This document shows, one piece after another, positions 21,292-30,492 of a stretch of 64,000 nt of DNA. Under the pieces are notes generated by a model. The model saw nothing but the letters and a program-made list of their open reading frames with translations. It did no database searches and was not told the DNA's origin. The DNA lies in contig SVBD01000001.1 in assembly GCA_015059045.1 (NCBI GenBank), positions 66,165 through 130,164 on the forward strand, given 5' to 3'. Source of the DNA: Erysipelotrichaceae bacterium. Lineage in GTDB: Bacteria > Bacillota_I > Bacilli_A > RFN20 > CAG-449. Position numbers and translations under genes: made by a program. Every line of letters begins with the position of its first letter. Position 1 is the stretch's first letter.

Positions 21292-21597
21292 ATGAAATAC
21301 AAGATTACTAAACCTCATTTTAGAACTCATAAAAAGAATGGACATCCTTCTTATATTTATGCAGATAATGGTACTGAATATAAGTATATAGGTATAACTC
21401 ATTCTAATAAAACTTATGGCCAATATAATAAAGTTTTAAAATATAATCCAAATTCTAAAGATTCTAGGATTAGTTATATGAGAAAATTTAGTACACATGA
21501 TCTTAAAAAGAATTTTAAGAAAAAACTTTTAAAAGGATATAAAACACATAAAGCTGATAAAAGAATGATTTCTAAAATAAAGAAAAATTATAAATAA
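21292..21597 (+). CDS. Small very basic protein with GIY-YIG-like N-terminal motif (YIY-x8-YIG), possibly a degenerate YazA/YhbQ-like fold
   Basis: HPSYIYADNGTEYKYIGITHS fits the GIY-x(8-11)-YIG pattern. About 30% Lys/Arg/His. Canonical catalytic Arg and Glu not evident. RBS gaggtagg and an 8-nt gap to the upstream gene. Confidence 0.4.
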   Translation: MKYKITKPHFRTHKKNGHPSYIYADNGTEYKYIGITHSNKTYGQYNKVLKYNPNSKDSRISYMRKFSTHDLKKNFKKKLLKGYKTHKADKRMISKIKKNYK

Positions 21598-21602
21598 AAA
21601 AA

Positions 21603-21643
21603 GATACATCGCAACTCTATTTCTAGGCGCATATCGATGTATC
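21603..21643 (-). terminator. Hairpin (9-bp perfect stem gatacatcg/cgatgtatc, 23-nt loop) with A-run on its + side, i.e. terminator-like in minus orientation
   Basis: Seen directly. A T-run is present only on the minus-strand reading. No convincing minus-strand gene upstream of it. Confidence 0.35.
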
Positions 21644-21754
21644 TATAAATAGTATATGTCATTCAAATTTATAAATCAATATTTTAGTTAATTTTAATAA
21701 GTTTATTTTGTTAATAATATCACTATGTGATATAATAGATTCGAGGTAACAAAT

Positions 21755-22219
21755 ATGGATATTGAAATGAGTTTTTATAACGAAACAAATTATGAAAAGT
21801 ATAATGAAGAGTATTTTTTTAATTTGGCTCAAGTGATTTTTAATCATTTAAAATTAAATAATTACTTTATATTTGATATTACAATTGTTACACTAGATGA
21901 AATTCATAGAATTAATAAAGAATACAGAAATATTGATCGTCCAACTGATGTAATCTCCTTTGCATTTGAAGATGAAGTTGAAGGTGAAAATAAGATTATT
22001 AGAAATGATAATTTACCAAGAACTTTAGGAGAAATCTTTATTTGTTATGAAAAATGTCAAATGCAAAGTGAGGAATATGGTCATTCACTTGATAGAGAAA
22101 TGGCGTTCTTATTTACACATGGTTTATTACATCTACTTGGTTATGATCATATGAATGAAGAAGATGAAAAAATTATGTTTAAAATTCAAGATGAAATTAT
22201 GGATTTATTGAAATTATAA
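21755..22219 (+). CDS. ybeY: Endoribonuclease YbeY (16S rRNA maturation)
   Basis: HGLLHLLGYDH zinc-binding motif. 154 aa. Precedes cdd-era-recO. Confidence 0.92.
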   Translation: MDIEMSFYNETNYEKYNEEYFFNLAQVIFNHLKLNNYFIFDITIVTLDEIHRINKEYRNIDRPTDVISFAFEDEVEGENKIIRNDNLPRTLGEIFICYEKCQMQSEEYGHSLDREMAFLFTHGLLHLLGYDHMNEEDEKIMFKIQDEIMDLLKL

Positions 22220-22230
22220 AGGAGTATGTT

Positions 22231-22635
22231 ATGAAAATTGAAGAAATGTTACAACATGCAAAAGAAGCTAGAGAATTATCTTATTCTCCTTATTCTAAAT
22301 ATGCAGTAGGTGCAGTTATTGTTACTAAGGATGATAAATTTTTCTATGGCGCTAATATTGAAAATGCCGCATATCCTTCTGGTATTTGTGCTGAAAGATG
22401 TGCTTTATTTCACACTTATATGCATGGTTATAAAAAAGAAGATATTGTTGCCCTTTGCCTAGTTGCGGATAGCGAATTATTCCCATATCCTTGTGGAGCA
22501 TGTCGTCAAGTTATTGATGAATTAATGCCAAAAGATGCAAAAATTATTGTTGGCAATTTAGAAAATAAATATATGGAAACTTCAATTAGAGAACTACTTC
22601 CATATTCTTTTGACTCAGCAAATTTGGAGAAATAA
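22231..22635 (+). CDS. cdd: Cytidine deaminase
   Basis: CAERCAL and PCGACRQ zinc-binding motifs. 134 aa. Confidence 0.92.
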   Translation: MKIEEMLQHAKEARELSYSPYSKYAVGAVIVTKDDKFFYGANIENAAYPSGICAERCALFHTYMHGYKKEDIVALCLVADSELFPYPCGACRQVIDELMPKDAKIIVGNLENKYMETSIRELLPYSFDSANLEK

Positions 22636-22637
22636 AT

Positions 22638-23522
22638 ATGAAGTCAGGCTTTATTTCTATAATCGGTAAAACAAATGCCGGTAAATCAACATTAATTAAT
22701 TTAATTACTAAAAATAAAATTTCAATTTGTACACCTAAACCTCAAACTACTAGAAATTCAATTCAAGGAATTTACAATGATGAGGATTCACAAATTGTTT
22801 TTATTGATACTCCAGGTTTTTTGTCTCCTCATCAAAAATTAGATGAATATATGAATAAACAAGCTTTTTCATCTTTAAATGGTATAGATGGAGTAATTTT
22901 GCTTGTCGATGCAGGAGTTTCTTTTAATAAGGAAAAGGATTCAGTAATTCAAAACAATTTAAAGACATTAGATGTGCCATTATTTGTTGTTTTTAATAAA
23001 ATAGATTTAACGAATATATATCTAGTAAATAATTTGAAAAAAGAATATTTAGAAATGTTTCCAAATGCGCAAATTATTGAAATTTCAGCGCAAAAAAATG
23101 TGAATGTTGATGTGCTTTTATCTAAAATAAAAGATATTTTACCAGAAGGATTTAAATTCTATCCAGATGATATTAAATCTGATCATCCAGTATCTTTCTT
23201 AATTGGAGAAATTATTAGAGAGAAAATACTATTATTCACTCGTGATGAAGTACCCCATTCTTGTGCGGTTAAAGTAGAAAAAATGGTCAAAAATAATAAT
23301 AGCATATCTATTAATGCGACTATTATTTGTGAAAGAAATTCTCAAAAAGTAATTATAATTGGCAAGCAAGGATCGATGTTAAAAAGAATCGGTATTGCCG
23401 CAAGAAAAGATATTGAGAAATTGTTAAATAAAAAAGTTAATTTAGAAACATTTGTTCGTGTAGAAGAACGATGGAGAAACAGCGATAACTATCTAAAAGA
23501 ATTTGGTTATAAAGACGAATAA
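22638..23522 (+). CDS. era: GTPase Era
   Basis: GKTNAGKSTL (G1), DTPG (G3), NKID (G4), C-terminal KH domain. Confidence 0.95.
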   Translation: MKSGFISIIGKTNAGKSTLINLITKNKISICTPKPQTTRNSIQGIYNDEDSQIVFIDTPGFLSPHQKLDEYMNKQAFSSLNGIDGVILLVDAGVSFNKEKDSVIQNNLKTLDVPLFVVFNKIDLTNIYLVNNLKKEYLEMFPNAQIIEISAQKNVNVDVLLSKIKDILPEGFKFYPDDIKSDHPVSFLIGEIIREKILLFTRDEVPHSCAVKVEKMVKNNNSISINATIICERNSQKVIIIGKQGSMLKRIGIAARKDIEKLLNKKVNLETFVRVEERWRNSDNYLKEFGYKDE

Positions 23523-23524
23523 TT

Positions 23525-24250
23525 ATGAAGATTGATATAGAAGGAATTGTAATTAGTCAAAACCCATACAAAGAAAAAGACGCAATGGTTTCAGTGCTTA
23601 CTAAAGACGGAATTGTGTCTTTTTTGGCACGTTCAATCTTATCGTTGACTAGTAAAAATAAATCTAGTTGCCTTCCATTTTCATATTCGAGTTTCTCGCT
23701 TTCCTCAAAGCAAGATAAGCTTTCATTAACTCAAGGAAAATTAATTAAATCATACTATCATTTTTTTAATTCATTAGAAAATCTATCATCAATTAACTTG
23801 ATTAATGAATGCATTTTAAAATTTGTCGATGAAGAAAATACAATATTGTTTGATTACTTAAAAAATTATTTAGAACTACTTGATAGAGGATTTGATGAAA
23901 CAACATTGACATTGATTATGATGGCTCAAATTGTCAAAAGTAGCGGTTATAATTTAGAATTCAATTCGTGTGTTATATGCGGGTCTAAAACTAATATTGT
24001 AGGTATTTCATATGATGAAGGTGGATTTGTTTGTAAAAAGTGTCTTAACGATACAAATAAGAAAGTAAGTAGAGAATACTTAAAGACATATCGTTATGTT
24101 TTCATGGTTCCGTTTGATATGATGGCACACTATGTAGTGAACTCTTCAATTGGATATGAATTAATAGTAAATTTTTGCGAATATTTATCTAAATCTTTTG
24201 GATTTAGAGAGATAAAAGCCTTGGAAATTTATAAGACAGTGAAAAAATAA
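23525..24250 (+). CDS. recO: DNA repair protein RecO
   Basis: N-terminal OB region, C-terminal CxxC...CxxC zinc finger (CVICG...CKKC). Position after era. Confidence 0.85.
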   Translation: MKIDIEGIVISQNPYKEKDAMVSVLTKDGIVSFLARSILSLTSKNKSSCLPFSYSSFSLSSKQDKLSLTQGKLIKSYYHFFNSLENLSSINLINECILKFVDEENTILFDYLKNYLELLDRGFDETTLTLIMMAQIVKSSGYNLEFNSCVICGSKTNIVGISYDEGGFVCKKCLNDTNKKVSREYLKTYRYVFMVPFDMMAHYVVNSSIGYELIVNFCEYLSKSFGFREIKALEIYKTVKK

Positions 24251-24273
24251 AGAAAATATATAAAATACACTCA

Positions 24274-24302
24274 TAGTAGGTTGACAGACCTACTATTTTT
24301 TT
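24274..24302 (+). terminator. recO terminator (tagtaggt-tgacag-acctacta followed by ttttttt)
   Basis: Seen directly. The loop carries TTGACA, which could act as a -35 for glyQS together with TATCAT at 24305-24310 (18-nt spacer). Confidence 0.65.
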
Positions 24303-24350
24303 ACTATCATAAATTCGATTTTGCTTTAGCAAATAGGAAGAAGGAATAGT

Positions 24351-25718
24351 ATGGCAAAGAGTAAATTTGAAGAAATTGTTAGCCATTTACAAGTGTCAGG
24401 TTATGTTTATCCTGGTTCGCAAATTTATGGCGGTTTAGCAAATGCATGGGATTATGGCCCATTAGGTGTATTAATCAAGAACAATTTAAAGAATGCATGG
24501 TGGAAAAAATTCGTTCAAGAACAAACAATGAACGTTGGTTTAGATCCTGCAATTATTATGAATTCAAAGGTATGGGAAGCAACAGGGCACTTATCTAATT
24601 TCTCTGATCCATTAATCGATTGTAAATCATGTAAATCAAGACATAGAGCAGATGATTTAATTGAAAGTCAAGCAGGAATCGAAGTAAGTCAATGGACCAA
24701 TGAAGAAATGGTTGATTACATTCGTTTAAATAATATTAAATGTCCAAGATGTGGCAATTGTAATTTTACAGACGTAAGAAAATTCCAATTAATGTTTAAA
24801 ACACATATGGGTGTTACTGAGGAAGCTAAATCTGAAGTATATTTAAGACCAGAAACTGCTCAAGGTTTATTTGTTAACTTCAACAACGTAGTTAGAAGTA
24901 TGAGAAAGAAACTTCCAGTTGGATTATGCGATATTGGTAAATCATTTAGAAATGAAATTACTCCAGGTAACTTTATTTTTAGAACAAGAGAATTTGAACA
25001 AATGGAAATGGAATTTTTCTGTAAACCAGGTGAAGACTTAGAATGGTTCAAGTATTGGAAAGATTATTGCTGGAATTTCTTAATTTCATTAAACATTAAA
25101 GAAGAAAATTTAAGATATAGAGATCATGATCCAAAAGCATTAGCGTTCTATTCTAAAGCAACAACAGATATTGAATATTTATTCCCATTTGGTTGGGGTG
25201 AATTATGGGGTATTGCTGATAGAACTGATTATGATTTAAAACGTCATATGGAACATTCTGGTGAAAATATGATGTATACAGATCCAGTTACAAGAGAAAG
25301 CTTTATTCCTTATTGTGTTGAACCAGCTCTTGGTGTAGATCGTTTAGTATTAGTTGCTTTATGTGACAGCTATGATGTAGAACAACTTGAAAATGATACA
25401 AGAACAGTTATGCGTTTACATCCAGCAATTGCTCCTTATAAAGCAGCGGTATTACCACTTTCAAAACAATTAAATGAAAATGCGCAAGAATTACTAGCTC
25501 AATTAAGTAAAGAATTCTCAGTCACATATGATGAAACAGCATCAATTGGTAAACGTTATCGTAGACAAGATGCAATTGGAACTCCATTCTGTATCACATA
25601 TGACTTTGACTCATTAAATGATAATTGCGTTACAGTTAGAGAACGTGATTCTATGAAACAAATTAGACTTCCAATTAGTGAAGTTGCTTCTTATATTAAC
25701 GAAAAAATTAAATTCTAG
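24351..25718 (+). CDS. glyQS: Glycyl-tRNA synthetase (dimeric class II, GlyQS type)
   Basis: Class II motifs, [22 protein letters not shown]-terminal anticodon-binding domain. 455 aa. Confidence 0.92.
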   Translation: MAKSKFEEIVSHLQVSGYVYPGSQIYGGLANAWDYGPLGVLIKNNLKNAWWKKFVQEQTMNVGLDPAIIMNSKVWEATGHLSNFSDPLIDCKSCKSRHRADDLIESQAGIEVSQWTNEEMVDYIRLNNIKCPRCGNCNFTDVRKFQLMFKTHMGVTEEAKSEVYLRPETAQGLFVNFNNVVRSMRKKLPVGLCDIGKSFRNEITPGNFIFRTREFEQMEMEFFCKPGEDLEWFKYWKDYCWNFLISLNIKEENLRYRDHDPKALAFYSKATTDIEYLFPFGWGELWGIADRTDYDLKRHMEHSGENMMYTDPVTRESFIPYCVEPALGVDRLVLVALCDSYDVEQLENDTRTVMRLHPAIAPYKAAVLPLSKQLNENAQELLAQLSKEFSVTYDETASIGKRYRRQDAIGTPFCITYDFDSLNDNCVTVRERDSMKQIRLPISEVASYINEKIKF

Positions 25719-25726
25719 AGGTAAAA

Positions 25727-27517
25727 ATGGTATCAGAAAACATTATTGAAGAAATTAGACAAAGGGCCGATATAGTTGATGTAATTTCAACATATATTAA
25801 CGTTATCAAAAAAGGTAACTCTTTTGTTGCTGTTTGTCCTTTCCATAATGATAAGAATCCATCACTTCAAATATCTAGATCAAAACAAATTTATAAATGC
25901 TTCTCTTGTGGAGCTGGTGGTAATGTATTTACCTTTGTTCAAGACTTTGAGAAGATTAGTTTTATTGAAGCAGTAAGAAAAGTCGCTAGTATTATTGGCT
26001 TTGAACATAGTGAATTAAATGAACCTGTAAGAAAAGTTAATGATGAAACTAAAGACGTGTTATTTGCATTAAATAATGCATGTGAATTATATTCATATGT
26101 ATTAAACACTCAAGAAGGAATTCAAGCTTCTGAATATTTGAAAAAACGTAATATAGAAGAAGATATGATTGAATATTTTTCTTTGGGGTATTGTCCTAGT
26201 GATGGAGAAAGTTCAATTAAATTATTAAGAGGAAAAAATATATCAATTGAAGCATTAGATAAAGCAGGAATTATTCAAAGAAATAACAATGTATTTGTTG
26301 ATAGATTCAAAGGTAGATTAATTTTCCCATTATTTAATGAATATAAAGAATGTATTGGCTTTTCTGCAAGAAGAATTGTTGATAATGATGAAGCGAAATA
26401 TGTCAACTCTATTAATTCAGTTGTATTTAATAAGTCAAAAGTATTATATAACTATCAAAACGCATTAAAAGAAGCTAAAAAAGAAGGATATGTATACATC
26501 ACCGAAGGGTTTATGGATGTATTTAGTTTATATAAAGTTGGAATTAAATCTTCTGTAGCAATTATGGGAACAGCGTTTACTGAATATCATGCCAAAATGA
26601 TTAAGAAATTAAATGTTGAAGCTAGACTTTGTCTTGATGGCGATGATCCTGGTCAACATGGAATATTAAATATGATTCCATTATTACAAAAAGAAGGAAT
26701 TAAATTTAAAGTAGTAAATTATAAAGATTGTACTTTAGATCCTGATGAAATATTGCAAAAGTATGGTCCTGATGTATTAAGAAAATTCTTAAATAGATTA
26801 ATATCGCATGATGAATTTATCTTCCAATATCATTTGAAAAGAAATGATGTTTCTACCAGTGAAGGTAAAAGAGTTTTCTCTAATTTAATTATTGATCATT
26901 TGAAAAATGAAAATGACTTTGTAAATAGAGAAATTATGCTTAAGAGATTAAGTGATATTACTTCTATTAGCGTTGATTCATATTTGAGAATGTTAGGTAG
27001 TATTTCTCATGATAATCAAGAAGAGGTTTATCAATCTAGTGATATTCATGATGATACATCGACTAATAGCGCTAATAGATATCAAAGAGTACAAGATAAA
27101 ATCATTAAATTAATGTTAAATTATGAATCTGCAATTGAAGATTTTAATAATGGTAATAACTATTTTAATGATAAATTATATGATGATTTAGCGAATTATA
27201 TAGTTGATTATTATTCAATTAATAAAAACATGAAAATATCAGATTTTATCACTTATTTAAGTAAAATTGATAATGATAATTCTAAGTTATTATTAAAGAA
27301 AGTTATTGAATCTCAAGATTTAAATGAGACAGATCCTAATTATAGTAAAGAACTAATGAATGAATTTTTGAAAGAATTAGCGAAAGAAAATGATAAATCA
27401 AATATTAAAAAGAAAATTTCTGACCCATTTAATGGTTTGACAAACGAAGAAAAGGCGTTAGAATTACAAAAATATTTAGAAAGAAGAGGTAAGAAGAATG
27501 GAATTAAAGAAAAATAA
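25727..27517 (+). CDS. dnaG: DNA primase DnaG
   Basis: Zinc-binding [10 protein letters not shown]...[14 protein letters not shown] (EGFMD), C-terminal helicase-interaction domain. Confidence 0.93.
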   Translation: MVSENIIEEIRQRADIVDVISTYINVIKKGNSFVAVCPFHNDKNPSLQISRSKQIYKCFSCGAGGNVFTFVQDFEKISFIEAVRKVASIIGFEHSELNEPVRKVNDETKDVLFALNNACELYSYVLNTQEGIQASEYLKKRNIEEDMIEYFSLGYCPSDGESSIKLLRGKNISIEALDKAGIIQRNNNVFVDRFKGRLIFPLFNEYKECIGFSARRIVDNDEAKYVNSINSVVFNKSKVLYNYQNALKEAKKEGYVYITEGFMDVFSLYKVGIKSSVAIMGTAFTEYHAKMIKKLNVEARLCLDGDDPGQHGILNMIPLLQKEGIKFKVVNYKDCTLDPDEILQKYGPDVLRKFLNRLISHDEFIFQYHLKRNDVSTSEGKRVFSNLIIDHLKNENDFVNREIMLKRLSDITSISVDSYLRMLGSISHDNQEEVYQSSDIHDDTSTNSANRYQRVQDKIIKLMLNYESAIEDFNNGNNYFNDKLYDDLANYIVDYYSINKNMKISDFITYLSKIDNDNSKLLLKKVIESQDLNETDPNYSKELMNEFLKELAKENDKSNIKKKISDPFNGLTNEEKALELQKYLERRGKKNGIKEK

Positions 27518-28769
27518 TCAAGATTTCTTAATTGACGACGAAGATGAATTAATAGATGATTCACCAGTTTTCATTAGCGATGATAAAGAAGATGTTGAAA
27601 CATTAGATCAAATCAAAAAAAGATTTGAAAAAATGGCTAAAACAGATAAACAAATCTCCCAAGAAGATTTGTTAGATGCTACATCACATTTAGATTTAAC
27701 TGATGAAGATATCAATGCATTAATCGAACATTTTAAAAATAAGGGAATTGATGTTATTTCTGAAGAAAGTGATGAAGGTTTAGATGATTTAGAATTTAAT
27801 GAAAATGATCTAAATAGTGGAGCTATAGATGATGATGCAGATATTTTTGATGAAGATTTCGTAAGTGAAGGTTCCGAAGAAGAAAGTATTGATTTTGATT
27901 TTGATAGTATTGCTGCTTCTGACAATATAAAAGTTAATGATGGCGTTAAAATGTACCTTAAAGAAATTGGTAGAGTTAAACTTCTTAATGGTGATGAAGA
28001 AATTGAACTTGCTAAACAAATTCTTGAAGGAGATCAATATGCTAAAGATGAATTAATTAGAGCTAACTTACGTTTAGTTGTCTCTATTGCTAAACGTTAT
28101 GTTGGAAGAGGGATGCAATTATTAGACTTAATTCAAGAAGGTAACTTGGGTTTAATTAAAGCTGTTGAAAAATTTGATTACACAAAAGGATTTAAATTCT
28201 CAACATATGCTACATGGTGGATTAGACAAGCAATTACTAGAGCAATTGCAGACCAAGCTAGAACAATTAGAATTCCAGTTCATATGGTAGAAACAATTAA
28301 TAAAATTAATCGTTATCAACGTTCTTTAATTCAAGAATTAGGACGTGAACCTACTGCTCAAGAAATTTCTGATAGAATGGATCCTTCTTGTAGATTATCT
28401 CCAGAAAGAATTCGTGAAATTCAAAAAATTGCTATGGATCCTGTTTCACTTGAGACTCCAATTGGTGAAGAAGATGATTCACATTTAGGTGATTTCTTAG
28501 AAGATAAAGAAACAGAAACACCATCTCAATTCACAACTAAATCTTTATTAAAAGATCAATTATATGCTGTTATGAAAGATTTAACAGATAGAGAAGAAAG
28601 AGTTTTAAGATTACGTTATGGTTTAGATGATGGAAGACCAAGAACTCTTGAAGAAGTCGGTAAAGAATTTGGTGTTACTAGAGAAAGAATTAGACAAATT
28701 GAAGCTAAAGCAATTAGAAAATTACGTCATCCAACACGCGCTAAAAGATTTGGAGATTATAGAGATTAA
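27498..28769 (+). CDS. sigA: Primary sigma factor RpoD/SigA
   Basis: Acidic region 1.1, regions 2.4 ([19 protein letters not shown]), 3 and 4.2 ([30 protein letters not shown]). Confidence 0.97.
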   Translation: MELKKNNQDFLIDDEDELIDDSPVFISDDKEDVETLDQIKKRFEKMAKTDKQISQEDLLDATSHLDLTDEDINALIEHFKNKGIDVISEESDEGLDDLEFNENDLNSGAIDDDADIFDEDFVSEGSEEESIDFDFDSIAASDNIKVNDGVKMYLKEIGRVKLLNGDEEIELAKQILEGDQYAKDELIRANLRLVVSIAKRYVGRGMQLLDLIQEGNLGLIKAVEKFDYTKGFKFSTYATWWIRQAITRAIADQARTIRIPVHMVETINKINRYQRSLIQELGREPTAQEISDRMDPSCRLSPERIREIQKIAMDPVSLETPIGEEDDSHLGDFLEDKETETPSQFTTKSLLKDQLYAVMKDLTDREERVLRLRYGLDDGRPRTLEEVGKEFGVTRERIRQIEAKAIRKLRHPTRAKRFGDYRD

Positions 28770-28771
28770 TA

Positions 28772-29440
28772 ATGAAATTATCTAAAAGATTATTAACAAT
28801 TGCCTCAATGATTCCTCAAGGGATTCCATGCGCTGATATTGGTTCTGATCATGGTTTATTAGTAGAGTATCTTTTAAAAAATAAATTAGTTCCATCTGCT
28901 TATGCAAGTGATAATAAAAAGGGTCCTTTTTCTAGACTAAATGAAAATTTAAAAAAATATATTGATTTAGGACTTGTAGAAACAAATTTATCTGATGGAC
29001 TAGATAATTTACCTTGTAAATATAAAACAGTTGTAATCGCCGGAATGGGCGGAGAATTAATCGGTGAAATTATATCAAAAAATATTAATTTATTAGAAAA
29101 TATTGAATATTTACTTCTAGCACCTCATGGTAGAGAAAAAGAAATTAGGAATTTATTAGTAAATCATGGATTTAGAATTAAAGATGAAAATGTTATATTT
29201 GAAGGTCATTTCTATGAAATAATTCTTTTTGAAAAAGGTAGTCAAAATTATTCGGAATTTGAATTAAAATATGGTCCAATAAATTTAATGAAAAAGAATC
29301 AAAACTTCATTAATAAATATCAAGCGAGAATTAATTCAAATAAAGAAATACTTGTAAATCCTCATTTGACAAATGAACGTAAACAAGAGGTAAAATCATT
29401 AATTGAAGAAGATATATATCTTCTTAATAGTTTAAAATAG
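28772..29440 (+). CDS. trmK: tRNA (adenine22-N1)-methyltransferase TrmK (YqfN-like)
   Basis: MKLSKRLLTIASMIPQG...DIGSDHGLL start typical of TrmK. Immediately follows sigA as in Bacillus. Confidence 0.75.
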   Translation: MKLSKRLLTIASMIPQGIPCADIGSDHGLLVEYLLKNKLVPSAYASDNKKGPFSRLNENLKKYIDLGLVETNLSDGLDNLPCKYKTVVIAGMGGELIGEIISKNINLLENIEYLLLAPHGREKEIRNLLVNHGFRIKDENVIFEGHFYEIILFEKGSQNYSEFELKYGPINLMKKNQNFINKYQARINSNKEILVNPHLTNERKQEVKSLIEEDIYLLNSLK

Positions 29441-29461
29441 GGACTGTTTGTCCCTTTTTTT
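29440..29461. terminator. Terminator between trmK (+) and the convergent minus-strand gene
   Basis: gggac-tgttt-gtccc followed by ttttttt. Confidence 0.7.
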
Positions 29462-29462
29462 C

Positions 29463-29837
29463 TTATCCAAAAAATGGTGATGAAGGTCCATTATTTTCAA
29501 AATTAATATTACTTTGAGCATTTGTGTTATTTTGATTAAAAGAATAAGTAGATGTACTATTTCCATTTGCATTTCTTTGATTAAAAATAGGGAAATTTAA
29601 GTATTTCTTAATTGAATTAAAAGATGATTTTGCTTGTTGATAAATAGGCTTAATTTGTTTATACATTGGAATAATTTGGTTAATTGTATTGATTCCTTTT
29701 TGAGCGGTGTTTAACAAAGTGTTAAAGTTAAACGATTGAGAAACTATATTTCTCGATGCTTGATTTTGAAATGAATAAAATGCTTTAGGAATGTTATTTA
29801 TATAAGGGTTTCTATTAAAATAGAAATAATTTTGCAT
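29463..29837 (-). CDS. Small Asn/Gln/Phe/Tyr-rich low-complexity protein (possible spore-coat-like or prion-like)
   Basis: 124 aa, about 35% N+Q, many F/Y/S. RBS aggtga 4 nt before the ATG. No homolog recognised. Confidence 0.4.
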   Translation of the reverse strand: MQNYFYFNRNPYINNIPKAFYSFQNQASRNIVSQSFNFNTLLNTAQKGINTINQIIPMYKQIKPIYQQAKSSFNSIKKYLNFPIFNQRNANGNSTSTYSFNQNNTNAQSNINFENNGPSSPFFG

Positions 29838-29959
29838 AATATCACCTATTTATTTGTATGTATTTATTGTCGCAATGTTAAAGATTTTAATGAAAATATT
29901 ATTTTTTACTTTAAGTAAAAAGTATATTGATTTATCATAAAGATTGTGAGGTTAGTATT

Positions 29960-30487
29960 ATGAGATTAGAAGATTATATTGCAACAGTGCCTGATTGGCC
30001 TTTAAAAGGTGTTCAATTCCAAGATATTACACCACTTTTACAAGATGGAGAAGCTTATAATTATGCGATTGAACAAATGGCTAAATTAGCTATTGAAATG
30101 AAAGCAGATGTAGTCGTAGGTCCTGAATCAAGAGGATTTATGTTTGCTTGTCCAGTCGCTAATAAAATTGGTAAAGGATTTGTTCCAGTAAGAAAGAAAG
30201 GTAAATTACCAAGAGAAACAGTTTCTTACACATATGAATTAGAATATGGTACAGATACTTTATTCATGCATAAAGATTCTATTAAAAAAGGTCAACGTGT
30301 CGTTATTTGTGATGATATTGTAGCAATTGGGGGAACACTAAATGCAACCGCTAAAATGATTGAAGAATTAGGCGGTGTAGTTGCAGGTATGATTTGTTTA
30401 ATCGGACTAACTAGTTTACCTGGTGTAAAAAAATTAGAAAAATATAATTTAAAATGCTTAATGCTTAATGATGTAAAGGATGATTAA
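29960..30487 (+). CDS. apt: Adenine phosphoribosyltransferase
   Basis: MRLEDYIATVPDWPLKGVQFQDITPL, VICDDIVAIGGT PRPP-binding motif. Precedes relA as in Bacillus. Start moved to the internal ATG at 29960. Confidence 0.92.
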   Translation: MRLEDYIATVPDWPLKGVQFQDITPLLQDGEAYNYAIEQMAKLAIEMKADVVVGPESRGFMFACPVANKIGKGFVPVRKKGKLPRETVSYTYELEYGTDTLFMHKDSIKKGQRVVICDDIVAIGGTLNATAKMIEELGGVVAGMICLIGLTSLPGVKKLEKYNLKCLMLNDVKDD

Positions 30488-30492
30488 TTATT

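Noticed and set aside
21659-21847. 62-aa hydrophobic minus-strand ORF overlapping the ybeY start (possible type I toxin-like peptide)
   Set aside because: No RBS and it overlaps the ybeY 5-prime coding region. Retained only as context for the orphan hairpin finding.
24251-24350. T-box leader upstream of glyQS
   Set aside because: No GGTGGTACCGCG-like T-box sequence and the leader is only about 100 nt. T-boxes were found only for thrS and hisS.
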